A stretch of DNA of 64,000 nt from Polyangiaceae bacterium (GTDB lineage Bacteria > Myxococcota_A > Polyangia > Polyangiales > Polyangiaceae). The notes below the pieces were generated by a model, which did not search any database, had not been told where the DNA came from, and saw only the letters and a program-made list of their open reading frames with translations. Of this stretch, positions 48,701 through 57,398 are shown in pieces (position 1 is the stretch's first letter; each line of letters opens with the position of its first letter). Both the position numbers and the translations under genes were made by a program. Where the stretch lies: assembly GCA_044376115.1 (NCBI GenBank), contig JBILLK010000031.1, positions 1 to 64,000 on the forward strand. Direction: 5' to 3'.

Positions 48701-49176
48701 CCCGCTCCTTGTTCGAGCAAGGCGGGGTCTTTGCGCTGATGGAGGAAGGACTCGTAGCTCGTCCGCGCACGCTGCTTTTCGACCACTTCACCTTCTTGCC
48801 ATTGACCGCCGATCTCCATCGCAAAGCGGCTGACCGAAGCCCCTTCGGGCAAAGTGATGGCGAAGCGGCCTTCCAAGGTTCGGTCCTCCGGGTTCTGGAA
48901 CGACAAGGTGAGCTCGGTCAGCGCCAGCGGGCCCTCAATCACGGTGTTCGACCGCATGGCGCTGAGGATGAGGCCGCTGCCGTCGGAGGAGGTCAGCGAG
49001 AAGGGGGCCTGCGTGCCCTGGTTGCGCTCGATCTGCGGCGGATCGCGCTCGATCTCGCCCATCGCTGGCTTCGCGAAATGTACTAAGTCATCGCGCTCGG
49101 GGGCCTCCGCTTCGGGTTGGCAGGTGGTTGCGGTCAACAGGGCAAGGACAGCAACGGGCGTGGCTCGAAGGCGCAT
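45775..49176 (-). CDS. Secreted VIT + vWA + AgmX/PglI-C-like + TPR + YfaP/DUF2135-like protein
   Basis: FQNPEDRTLEGRF...KDPALLE (VIT); LLVDTS, FLSDG (vWA); GRLPPEVIQRIVR...CYE...FPAPEGG; LSWETDANDVDLHV...DVTTGYGPE. Confidence 0.85.
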   Translation of the reverse strand: MRLRATPVAVLALLTATTCQPEAEAPERDDLVHFAKPAMGEIERDPPQIERNQGTQAPFSLTSSDGSGLILSAMRSNTVIEGPLALTELTLSFQNPEDRTLEGRFAITLPEGASVSRFAMEIGGQWQEGEVVEKQRARTSYESFLHQRKDPALLEQGAGNQFSARVFPIPARGVKHLVLTYAEVLGGSPLKVRLAGLPKLGNLEVLVEQAGKQLVALSEKQFTPTADLEVPTSAQPREVALVHDDLVAIRTTVPDRAAKADPLDGLLLLVDTSAGRILDFEQELSALTALIRALPQGARVTVAGFDQEVSVVFSGPAENFDAENVAALRDRLALGASDFGKALSFARDLAPAVKAKRIIFLSDGVATSGITNAQELAKQAEELARAGVERIDALAIGGIRDSALLTALVSSGERKGIVLELTEDEQVLQHKLQQAPQENLELMVPGAHWQSPKSIAGALPGDEIVVFAKLTSKAAADHIALVVDGDKHVIPITRAASPELLDRAHAVAEIAELELVAKADDQVARRRIISLSTKHRVLSRETAMVVLESEFDYGRFGIDRRATVDILVIKDGQIVTEQGARLDLKNRSGFPRAANRAGNDDFFSPADSGIRFKPDEDAVSARGNAWGRDSGDSVGSGASGLGLSGIGEGGAGRGQGIGLGSIGTLGSGSSRLGPATKPSPQPRISTGALQVNGRLPPEVIQRIVRYNFGRFRMCYEAARAKLPQLAGSVNVAFTISPTGEVTNARLAPSSLPSAETQACVLTSFKMLSFPAPEGGSVNVLMPVHFGVSASGSVVPQAWSDAPPPAAPRAPAPNPASSESSAEDVSTNQYMGRFKTVMAKLAQGDDALLEALQYSAESPSELLAFVAIGEAAEATGRPRLAARAYGSLLDLWSYRVELKRYAGQRIERIGSESALAVAVSAYESAVRDRPDHPSAYRMLAYAQLKQGDPRAAFETIDKALHLQLPPGRYAGVLSLLQKDAALLGAAWLRRDPEQEHIIRAHLKRFNIELEDIPSMRFILSWETDANDVDLHVTDGFSEHAYYGNTKLRSGGELVADVTTGYGPEGYIIYGKPRGFPYELKADYFSRGVMGFGMGKVQVVRHDGLGEITIEEKPFIIQSSRGSVDLGIVEETPSL

Positions 49177-49245
49177 GGGGGCATAGGACTCCCGGCGAAG
49201 CAGAAGGTTCCCGAACGCTTGACGTTGCCCTTATCATCCCGGTCA

Positions 49246-50580
49246 ATGAATCCTGTGCGAGCGGTCGTTGTGGCAGCCTCGGCTTTGTTGTTGGCCTTCA
49301 GCGCCCCCCAGGTGCTCGAGGCCCAACCCCTCACTCCCGAGCAGCGAACCGAGCGCTGCGCGCTGATTCGTGATGTGGCAGCGGACAACGGCATTTCGGC
49401 AGGGTTTCTGTTCGCCGGGATCGCGCAGGCCGAGACCAATCTCTCGCACTGTTGGTCGGAGCTCAGCTGGGCCTGCGAAGGTCCGGTTTCGGTGGATTGT
49501 GGCGGGCCCGTGGTGGCTGGAGCCGGAGACGGCCCCTGCGAGCTCATGCAGGGCGGTCTAGGCATGTTTCAGTTCGACGGCGGCACGTTCGCCGAGACGA
49601 TCGAGCGCGATGGCGATGGCGTGTTGTTGCTGTCCGGCAACGTGACCCGCGCCATCGACTTCGTCGTTAATATGGTAATTAACTCCCAATACGTCGACGT
49701 CAGCACGCCCGAAGAGGCGAAGGCTTGGCTCAACCAAGTAACCGTCGATGGCCCACTTTGGGACGAGTGGATTACCACCGTTACTCACTATTATAACGGG
49801 TGCACGCCAACGGGCTGCGCTGTGTTCGATGACCGCTATCAGCATTATGCGGATAACGGTGTGGATGTTTACTTCGAGCAAGGCGAGGCTTTCTGGGTCG
49901 TCGATTTGCCGCCTTGCGCGCCCATTCCCGCGGCAGGTCGCTTGCTCGAGGAGACCGATACCTGCTTTACCAAGGGCGGCCCGCTGCCTTTTTGGCGGGT
50001 AGGTATCGGCGGTGAGAGCAACTTGCACGTATGGACGGGCACCACCGACGCGGCGGAGCCGTTCAACTTCGCTCAATGGGACCTGACCTTCGACGAGCCT
50101 GGCGAATACGTGGTCGAGGTCTCCGTTCCGGAGGGAACCACGACCCAAGCCAACTACGTGATTGACCACGCCGGGACGACCGACGAGGTGCTGCTGGATC
50201 AAGCGAGTGTCGACGGCTTCGTGGCGCTGGGTAGCTTTGAGTTTGCCGCTGGTGCAGGCCAGCGCCTGTTCGTCGGGGATAACACCGGCGACGCGGATCT
50301 TCGCCTTTCGGTGGACGCTCTGCGCTTGACGCGCGTCGAGGCGCCGGGGACGGGGGGATCGGGAGGAGGGGAGAACGCCTCTTCCTCGGGCTCCGGTGGA
50401 AGCAACGCGGGGGCGGCGGGCGGAGTAGGCGGCGAGGGCGGAACGGGCAATAGCGCAGAGGCCGACGCCGGCTGCGATTGTGCATTAGCTGGGGAGCAGA
50501 AACGAAGCTCGAGCGGCTTGCTCCTTGGTGGGCTCGCGCTGCTCGTTGCCTTTCGCCGTCGGTTGCGCGCGACGGCTTGA
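49246..50580 (+). CDS. MYXO-CTERM surface protein with a lysozyme-like N-terminal domain and a beta-sandwich (golvesin-like) domain
   Basis: 'GIAQAETN...GLGMFQFD'; 'GEYVVEVS...ANYVIDH...LGSFEF...DALRL'; C-terminal GCDC-linker-TM-RRR. Confidence 0.8.
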   Translation: MNPVRAVVVAASALLLAFSAPQVLEAQPLTPEQRTERCALIRDVAADNGISAGFLFAGIAQAETNLSHCWSELSWACEGPVSVDCGGPVVAGAGDGPCELMQGGLGMFQFDGGTFAETIERDGDGVLLLSGNVTRAIDFVVNMVINSQYVDVSTPEEAKAWLNQVTVDGPLWDEWITTVTHYYNGCTPTGCAVFDDRYQHYADNGVDVYFEQGEAFWVVDLPPCAPIPAAGRLLEETDTCFTKGGPLPFWRVGIGGESNLHVWTGTTDAAEPFNFAQWDLTFDEPGEYVVEVSVPEGTTTQANYVIDHAGTTDEVLLDQASVDGFVALGSFEFAAGAGQRLFVGDNTGDADLRLSVDALRLTRVEAPGTGGSGGGENASSSGSGGSNAGAAGGVGGEGGTGNSAEADAGCDCALAGEQKRSSSGLLLGGLALLVAFRRRLRATA

Positions 50581-50588
50581 TATCAAGG

Positions 50589-51242
50589 TTACGGCACGAT
50601 TCGAGCCGAGCGGATCACCGATAGGTTCGGGAACTCGGCTCGCAGGAAGGCGTTGCCTTCTTTTGCAATCTTGCCCTGCGCGCGAGACGGGGTTTCCCCG
50701 TAACCAGCGTGGAACTTGTCGACGACGTTCATCCCGTCGCCGGCTACTTCGCAGATCGGCGCGAAGCCCATCTTGTCGAGGTTCTGGTTGTTGCCCAGAT
50801 TGAAGAACAGCTGCGTCGTTCGCGTGTTTGGGCTGCCAGCCATGGCGTAGGTCAACGTGCCCCGGCGGTTGGTCTCCTTCGGCGGGTCGGCAGGGAGGTT
50901 TTGCCCTTCCCAACCCGAATTGACGCCGGGCGTGCCGTGGATGCCGAACTGGGCGACGAATGGCGTTGGTTTGGTGACGACACGAAAGATGGTCACGTCA
51001 TCGTAGTAGCCAATCGAGACCAGATTGTAGAAGCGGTCGACGCCGTGAGGCGCCCATTCGCGGTGGCAGGTTACGGTGACTTCGCCCGCGCTCGTGTCGA
51101 ACTTGACGCTGAAGGTGGCAGGCGCCTCAGCCTTGGCCAGGCTCGGGTCCCATAGCGCCGGGTTCCCCTCCTTGGGGCCTGAGTTGCACGCGCTCAGCGC
51201 GATAAGGGCGAGGCAAGCTCGAAGGAGGCGACGTGTGGCCAT
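50589..51242 (-). CDS. Cyclophilin-type peptidyl-prolyl isomerase lipoprotein
   Basis: LSAC, WAPHGVDRF, FRVV, AQFG, NRRGT, RTTQLFFN. Confidence 0.92.
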   Translation of the reverse strand: MATRRLLRACLALIALSACNSGPKEGNPALWDPSLAKAEAPATFSVKFDTSAGEVTVTCHREWAPHGVDRFYNLVSIGYYDDVTIFRVVTKPTPFVAQFGIHGTPGVNSGWEGQNLPADPPKETNRRGTLTYAMAGSPNTRTTQLFFNLGNNQNLDKMGFAPICEVAGDGMNVVDKFHAGYGETPSRAQGKIAKEGNAFLRAEFPNLSVIRSARIVP

Positions 51243-51283
51243 GGCGCCACCCTAGTGGACTTACGACCGCGACGGTAGAAGCC

Positions 51284-52783
51284 TCACGCAGCCGAACGAC
51301 GCATCGCCTTGTTCATCCGCCGCCCGCTACCTTCGAGTCGGAAACATGAGACGGTGTCTTCGAGCGAGGCCGCTTGTCCCGAGAGCTGCTGCGCCGCGCT
51401 CGCCGATTGCTCGGCTGCCGCTGCTGCATGCTGCGTACCCTGCGTGAGTCCGTCCACCGATTGGGCGATTTGCTCGACGCCGCGCGTTTGCGCCAACGCG
51501 GCCTGCGCTACTGCCGCCATCAGTTCCTGCACCGACTGCACGCCGCGATGAATCTCCTCGAGGCCATCGTGCACCTCGCCCTGCGCTAGCACCCCGGCCT
51601 CTGCGCTATGGCGCGCTCCTTCGATGAGCCCAGCGGTGATTTTCGCCGCTTCGGCGCTCCGGATGGCAAGACTGCGGACCTCTTCGGCGACTACGGCAAA
51701 GCCTCGACCGGCGTCACCGGCGCGCGCCGCTTCCACCGCTGCGTTGAGCGCGAGCAGGTTGGTTTGGAAGGCGATTTCATCGATGGTCTTGACGATCTTC
51801 GCTGTCTCGTCGCTCGAGGTTTTGATCTTGCTGATGGCATCGCTAAGGCGCTGCATCGCGGTGAGGCCACGGGAGGCGGTCTGCGACGCTGACTCGACTC
51901 GCCGCTGGCCCTCGAGCGCGTTGCTCGAGGCTGAACGAGTTGCGCCGGTAATCCCCTCTAAAGAGGCGGATATATGCTGCAGTGAGCCGGCCTGCTCGGA
52001 AGCTGTCTTGGCGGTGGATTGGCTTCCGACAGTGACTTCGGAGGCGGCCGTTGCGACCTGTGCAGCGGCCTCTGTGACCTGGCTCAAGGTGCCACCCAGT
52101 TGTTCCATGGCGGTGTTGAACAACCCAGCGATCTCGTCCAAGCCGTTACCGCCGGTGGCTTCGAGGCGCGCGGTGAGGTCATTGCGGGCGACGCGGGAGA
52201 TTGCTTGGCCGATGGCTTGCGCAAATTGGTCGTGCTTGGCCTGGCGCTCGTCGACTCGACGCGCCTCCACTTCGCGTTGGGCGGCCAGCAACGAGTCGAG
52301 CAACAGCGCTGCATCCGCGTAGAGCAATCGACTCAATGCGTCCTGGAATCGCCACTGTTCGAGCTGGGATGCGCCTGCCGCCGCGACAGCTTGACCCCAG
52401 CCGCTGCGCACGGCCTCGTACCCAGCCAGCAGCGCAAATCCGTCGAGTTCAGCGGCCGCATAACGCCGGCCTGCCGCCCGGCGGGACTCGACCCAAGCGT
52501 CATCCAAGGCACCAGCGATGAGTGTCGATAGGTAGTACTCGAGGCTTGGCACGATGGTATCGGCGCGGCTGGCGCGCTGCCCACTCGTAGCGCGTGATAC
52601 CGCTTGCCCGAAGCGTTCTACGATCTTCCCGAGGGTTGCGCGACATGGCTCGCTCCAGGTCGAAACCACGCCCACGTCTTGCGGGACCAGACCAACGCCG
52701 ACGATCCTCTCAGCGAGCGCAGGGTCGGATATCGAGACCCGGCCTGACTTGTACACCCGCTCTGCGCGCGTGAAGAATCCCAT
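51284..52783 (-). CDS. Soluble methyl-accepting chemotaxis protein with an N-terminal globin-like sensor
   Basis: [37 protein letters not shown], no TM, protoglobin-like N-terminus. Confidence 0.9.
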   Translation of the reverse strand: MGFFTRAERVYKSGRVSISDPALAERIVGVGLVPQDVGVVSTWSEPCRATLGKIVERFGQAVSRATSGQRASRADTIVPSLEYYLSTLIAGALDDAWVESRRAAGRRYAAAELDGFALLAGYEAVRSGWGQAVAAAGASQLEQWRFQDALSRLLYADAALLLDSLLAAQREVEARRVDERQAKHDQFAQAIGQAISRVARNDLTARLEATGGNGLDEIAGLFNTAMEQLGGTLSQVTEAAAQVATAASEVTVGSQSTAKTASEQAGSLQHISASLEGITGATRSASSNALEGQRRVESASQTASRGLTAMQRLSDAISKIKTSSDETAKIVKTIDEIAFQTNLLALNAAVEAARAGDAGRGFAVVAEEVRSLAIRSAEAAKITAGLIEGARHSAEAGVLAQGEVHDGLEEIHRGVQSVQELMAAVAQAALAQTRGVEQIAQSVDGLTQGTQHAAAAAEQSASAAQQLSGQAASLEDTVSCFRLEGSGRRMNKAMRRSAA

Positions 52784-52847
52784 TGCCGGTTCTACGGCAC
52801 TTTCCGCAAGTGGTTAAGGCGTTGTGTTCCCACCGTGACGCAGAGTT

Positions 52848-54875
52848 GTGTTCTCTTTACGGGGCTCCGTGAATCTTCAACCTGACGTCCTCTCCATCCT
52901 CGATCGGCTCGCCCATCGCGTGTGGGTCTTCGATATCGACCGTGGACGCGTTCATTGGGCCAACCTGGCGGCGCTCGAGCTGTGGCGTGCTGACTCGCTC
53001 GAGGAGCTCACCGCCCGCGACATGGCGGCGGATATGTCGTACTCGGTCGCGAGCCGGTTGCGGCAGTATCAGGCCGACTTCGAGCGACACGAGGCTCGCT
53101 TCTCCGAAACCTGGACCCTGTATCCCAAAGGGGAGGCGACTACGGTCCGGGTGCTCTTAAGCGGGTACCGCCTTGCGGACGGCCGCATGGCGATGTTGTG
53201 CGAGGCGCTTTCGGATCACGCTGGTGAACCCGATACGCTGCGCAGCGCCGAGGCGCTGCTCCATACCTCGGTCATGATCACCTTGTATGAGCGAGGGGGA
53301 GGCGCTGCGCTCTACCGAAATCCAGCGGCCCGAGACACGGTGGCCGATCCCACCGAGACGTGTTCGAGCCACCTCGTTTCGCCAGAGGATCGGCTGCGCC
53401 TGTTCGCTGAGCTGGAGCGAGACGGACACGCGCGACAAGTGGTCTCGGTCAACACTGCGCGAGGTGAGGCCTGGCACGAGATATCGGCGCGCGCCTGTCG
53501 CGACGCTGTGTCGGGTAAAGAGGCCTGGCTCTTCAGCGAGATCGATCTCAGCGATCTGAAGAGGACGGAGGATCGCGCGCACTACTTGGCCCATCATGAC
53601 GCGCTCACGGGCTTGCCCAACCGCAGCTTTGTTTCTCGCCGCTTTCAAGAGCGATTGGACGCGGTGCGTACGGCAGGTGAGGAGGCCGCGCTGTTGTTCA
53701 TCGACCTCGACCACTTCAAGCACATCAATGATTCGCTCGGCCACGGCGTGGGGGATGAACTCTTGGTTCACACGGCGCGGTCGATCGGTGGGCTGCTGCG
53801 CGATGACGATCTGTTGGCGCGGCTCGGTGGTGATGAGTTCCTGGTCCTCGCGTCCGCGCCGGACGTGCGTACGTACATTGAAAGGTTGGCCAGAGCTGTG
53901 CTTGATACCGTGGCCGAGCCGGTGACGGTTCGCGGTAGCATGGTCAACGTGACCCCTTCGCTGGGTGTTTGCTTGTTCCCGGAAGACGGCGAGGACGTGG
54001 AGACGCTGCTGCGCCACGCAGACCTTGCGATGTCGCGGGCCAAAGAGCGCGGACGCAACCGCTTTGCGTACTTCTCGACCGAACTCAACGAGGCTGCCCA
54101 GCTGCGGCGCGCGCTCGAATCGGAGTTGAGAGGGGCGCTCGAACGGAAAGAGCTCGTTGTCTACTACCAGCCGCGCGTGCGGGTGAGCGACGGCCAGGTC
54201 GTCGGTGCGGAGGCGTTGGTTCGCTGGCAACACCCGCGCCGTGGCCTTGTTCCGCCCTCTGTGTTCATCCCCGTGTGCGAAGAAACGCGGCTGATCGGCG
54301 CGGTTGGGAGCTTCGTGTTGGAGGAGGCCGCAAAGCAGCAGCGCGCGTGGGCCGAGGCCGGTCTCGATCTGCGTATTTCGGTGAACCTCTCCCCCCGTCA
54401 GTTCGAGGAAACTGAGCTGGCGGAGCACCTGCTTGCGATCGTGCGCTCTGCAGGCGGCAATCCCGACCAACTCGAATTTGAGATCACCGAATCCCTTTTG
54501 TTGGGGAATGTCGCGCAAACGCTCGCGACGTTGCAGACTCTGCGCGCCGCCGGCTTCGCGATCGCGATCGATGATTTCGGGACGGGCTACTCGAGCCTCG
54601 CCTATCTCCACCGATACCCCATTACCTGTCTCAAGATCGACCGCTCCTTCATGACCCAAGTGGACGGCTCGGTGGCGATCACCGAGCTCATCTTGACCAT
54701 GACCAAGATGCTCAAGCTCGACGTCGTCGCCGAAGGAGTCGAGACGGAGGCGCAGCTCAGCTGGTTGAAGGAACGCCAGTGCATGGACTACCAAGGCTTT
54801 CTCTTCAGCCCGCCGTTACCCGTCGCTGAGTTCGAGGCGCGTATCGGTTGGCCTCCGAATGGGAAACGGCAATGA
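52848..54875 (+). CDS. PAS-like + GGDEF + EAL diguanylate cyclase/phosphodiesterase
   Basis: HDALTGLPNR, RDDD I-site, GGDEF, EAL, DDFGTGYSS, KID, EGVE. Confidence 0.95.
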   Translation: MFSLRGSVNLQPDVLSILDRLAHRVWVFDIDRGRVHWANLAALELWRADSLEELTARDMAADMSYSVASRLRQYQADFERHEARFSETWTLYPKGEATTVRVLLSGYRLADGRMAMLCEALSDHAGEPDTLRSAEALLHTSVMITLYERGGGAALYRNPAARDTVADPTETCSSHLVSPEDRLRLFAELERDGHARQVVSVNTARGEAWHEISARACRDAVSGKEAWLFSEIDLSDLKRTEDRAHYLAHHDALTGLPNRSFVSRRFQERLDAVRTAGEEAALLFIDLDHFKHINDSLGHGVGDELLVHTARSIGGLLRDDDLLARLGGDEFLVLASAPDVRTYIERLARAVLDTVAEPVTVRGSMVNVTPSLGVCLFPEDGEDVETLLRHADLAMSRAKERGRNRFAYFSTELNEAAQLRRALESELRGALERKELVVYYQPRVRVSDGQVVGAEALVRWQHPRRGLVPPSVFIPVCEETRLIGAVGSFVLEEAAKQQRAWAEAGLDLRISVNLSPRQFEETELAEHLLAIVRSAGGNPDQLEFEITESLLLGNVAQTLATLQTLRAAGFAIAIDDFGTGYSSLAYLHRYPITCLKIDRSFMTQVDGSVAITELILTMTKMLKLDVVAEGVETEAQLSWLKERQCMDYQGFLFSPPLPVAEFEARIGWPPNGKRQ

Positions 54876-54881
54876 CGCAGG

Positions 54882-57398
54882 GTGGCCGGAGCCGAGTCCT
54901 TCTGTAATCTGCGGGCCTTGCTTCCGGAACGCCTTTTTGGACGAGACGCTGACCTCGAGAGCCTTACGGAGGTGGTTTCGGTCGAGCGCTTGGTGACGGT
55001 GCACGGCCCGCTCGGTGTTGGAAAGTCAGCGGTGCTGGCAGCTCTCTGCGCGGGCGCGGCTGAGCCCGTCGAGCGCTTCGACCTGACGCAAATGGAGCTG
55101 ACGTCGGTGCTTCCTGCGAACCTGCCGGAGCGAGGCTTGGCGGTGATCGACGGCGCGGAGTCGCAGCTCGAGTCCTTGCGTGCGCAGCTTGCGGTCTGGC
55201 AGCGTGAACGTCCGCTCGTCCGCTGGGTGGTGGGTTCACGGTGCGTCCTTGGCCTGGCGAGCGAACGGGTGTTCACGCTGACGCCGCTTTCAATGTCCGC
55301 CGCCCTGGAGCTCTTCCGCGATAGGTCCTCCAAGTTCGCTCCGTCGGCGGTGCTGGATTCAGCGGCAGAACAGCTGCTTGAGCGGCTCGATTGCTTGCCC
55401 TTGGCCATCGAGGTTGCAGCGGCACGCACCCGTCACGTTGCAGTGACCCAGCTACTCGAAGCTGAGGACGCGCTGCTCGAGCTCTTGCACGTGGGCGTGG
55501 TCAACGTGAAGCAGCGGCTCAGCTCGCACGTGGCGAGGCTGGGGGCGGAGGGCAGTGTCGTCTTGGCGGCGATTTCTTGGTTTCGAGGTGGCTTCCGTCT
55601 CGAGGCCGCGCTCGGGGTTCTCCCCGAGTTAAGCCGCGCCAAGGTCGTCGATGGCCTCTCGACGTTGATGGACTTCGGGCTATTGCTCGTCGACGAGTCA
55701 GACGTAGGCCGCCGTTATCGGTTGCTCGAGCTGGTGCGGCAGCTGGGCGTGGCTCAAGAGCGCCCTCACGGAGCGCGGCTCGTCGCGACCACCCTGCTAT
55801 CACGGATGCCTACGGCGAGCGTGGCCGAGCTGGCGCTGGAACAAGCCAATCTGCGTGCTGCCTATCAATCCTTGATCGCAGACGGCGAACTCGAGCACGC
55901 CTCCACGGTGGTGCTCGGCCTCAACCGCGCGTGGAAGCCGCTGGATCGCGCAGGCGAGCGCGTAGCGCTGCTGAGCGAGCTGCTCGAGAGGGCTGTTTCG
56001 GGGACGCTTTCGAGGCCTTCGCGCATTGACCTATTGCTGGCCCGTGCCGAAGCGCGGGGCCAGGCCCGCGACGCTAGCGGAGCCAGCGTGGACCGCGACA
56101 AGGCCTTGGCGCTTGCCCGTGAGCAGCCTGATGACCGGCTACGTCTCGGGCGGGCCTTGTGTGCGGTGGGCCGCCAACAGTGGCACGAGGGCCAGCTCGA
56201 TCAAGCCGAGGCGCACTACCGCGAAGCCCTCACGAACCTTGCAGACGGTGATGCCGAAGAGGAGATGCTCACCTGGAGCAACCTCGCCAATATCCATGTA
56301 GTAAGGGGCGCGCTCGAGCAGGCCCGGGCCGAATACGAGGCCGCCCTCATGGTGGCAGCGCGCAATGCGGTAGGCGGAGAAGCGCTCGGTCTCGTGTTTG
56401 GTAATCTGGGTAATCTGGAGCTGAATTTGGGCGAGACCTCGCTGGCCCTTTATCATCTTGAGGAGGCGGTCAAGCTGCTGCGCGCCGCCCATGCTTATCG
56501 CTATATCGTTCCCTTCCTCGGTACGACCTCGCGAATTGCGCTCTCTCAAGGGCGCTGGGATGAGGCACGCCTATTGGCAGAGGAGGCTCGCGTCGCCGAT
56601 AGTCGGTTAACCGATTGGCCGTGGCGCGGTGATTTGCACATGTTGCGCGGGGAGCTCTATGAAGCGGATAGCGACACCGCCGCGGCGCGCCGTGAGATGG
56701 AGGCAGGCGTCGAGGCGCTCCGGCTATTCGGCCACCCGCTGTTATGCGGGTTGGCCCTGGCGAAGCTCGCTCGTTTGGAGGCTCTCGCTGGGAGGGAGGT
56801 CGTCGCGCAGCGGCGTCTCGCAGAGGCCGCTGCGTGCCTCGGTGCCGAGCGACCACTGTGCGCGTTGGTTTCGCTGGTTCAGGCCCACCTCGACCTTCGG
56901 GCGGGCAAGCGAGACCTGGCCCTGCGCGCGGCCGATCAGGTCGAGGCCGACGCCGAACGCAGCTTTGAGGTGCGCTCTGCGCTGCAAACCCTACGCTCGC
57001 AGCGCGAAGCTGCGCCGCGCGAGCTCGCCCCGAATGGGCCGCCCGCGCCGCGTTCAAGCTCGCCCAACGAGGTCGCGGAACTTACGGTCGACTCGAATGG
57101 GCGCTGGTTCTCGATCCGCGGCGGAAAACGGGTCGAGTTCACCACCCGCAGAGCCCTCCGTTTGGTGCTGCTCGCGCTGGCCAAGGCGGCGGTGGAGTCT
57201 CCTGGCGAAGCGTTGTCGGTTGAGACGCTATTTGCGGTGGGATGGCCCGGAGAACGTGCACATCCCGAGGCCGCCCAGTCCAGAGTTTACAACGCTATTG
57301 CCGAACTCCGGCGCTCCGGCCTTCGTGAGCTGCTGGTTCGCCGTGATGACGGTTACCTGTTCGTAGCCTCGTCGGTGGCGAGCTCACTGGAGTCGTAG
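54882..57398 (+). CDS. P-loop ATPase + TPR protein with a C-terminal wHTH-like domain
   Basis: GPLGVGKS, LDCLPLAIE, TPR repeats, 'GWPGE...RVYNAIAELRRSGL...DGY'. Confidence 0.8.
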   Translation: MAGAESFCNLRALLPERLFGRDADLESLTEVVSVERLVTVHGPLGVGKSAVLAALCAGAAEPVERFDLTQMELTSVLPANLPERGLAVIDGAESQLESLRAQLAVWQRERPLVRWVVGSRCVLGLASERVFTLTPLSMSAALELFRDRSSKFAPSAVLDSAAEQLLERLDCLPLAIEVAAARTRHVAVTQLLEAEDALLELLHVGVVNVKQRLSSHVARLGAEGSVVLAAISWFRGGFRLEAALGVLPELSRAKVVDGLSTLMDFGLLLVDESDVGRRYRLLELVRQLGVAQERPHGARLVATTLLSRMPTASVAELALEQANLRAAYQSLIADGELEHASTVVLGLNRAWKPLDRAGERVALLSELLERAVSGTLSRPSRIDLLLARAEARGQARDASGASVDRDKALALAREQPDDRLRLGRALCAVGRQQWHEGQLDQAEAHYREALTNLADGDAEEEMLTWSNLANIHVVRGALEQARAEYEAALMVAARNAVGGEALGLVFGNLGNLELNLGETSLALYHLEEAVKLLRAAHAYRYIVPFLGTTSRIALSQGRWDEARLLAEEARVADSRLTDWPWRGDLHMLRGELYEADSDTAAARREMEAGVEALRLFGHPLLCGLALAKLARLEALAGREVVAQRRLAEAAACLGAERPLCALVSLVQAHLDLRAGKRDLALRAADQVEADAERSFEVRSALQTLRSQREAAPRELAPNGPPAPRSSSPNEVAELTVDSNGRWFSIRGGKRVEFTTRRALRLVLLALAKAAVESPGEALSVETLFAVGWPGERAHPEAAQSRVYNAIAELRRSGLRELLVRRDDGYLFVASSVASSLES

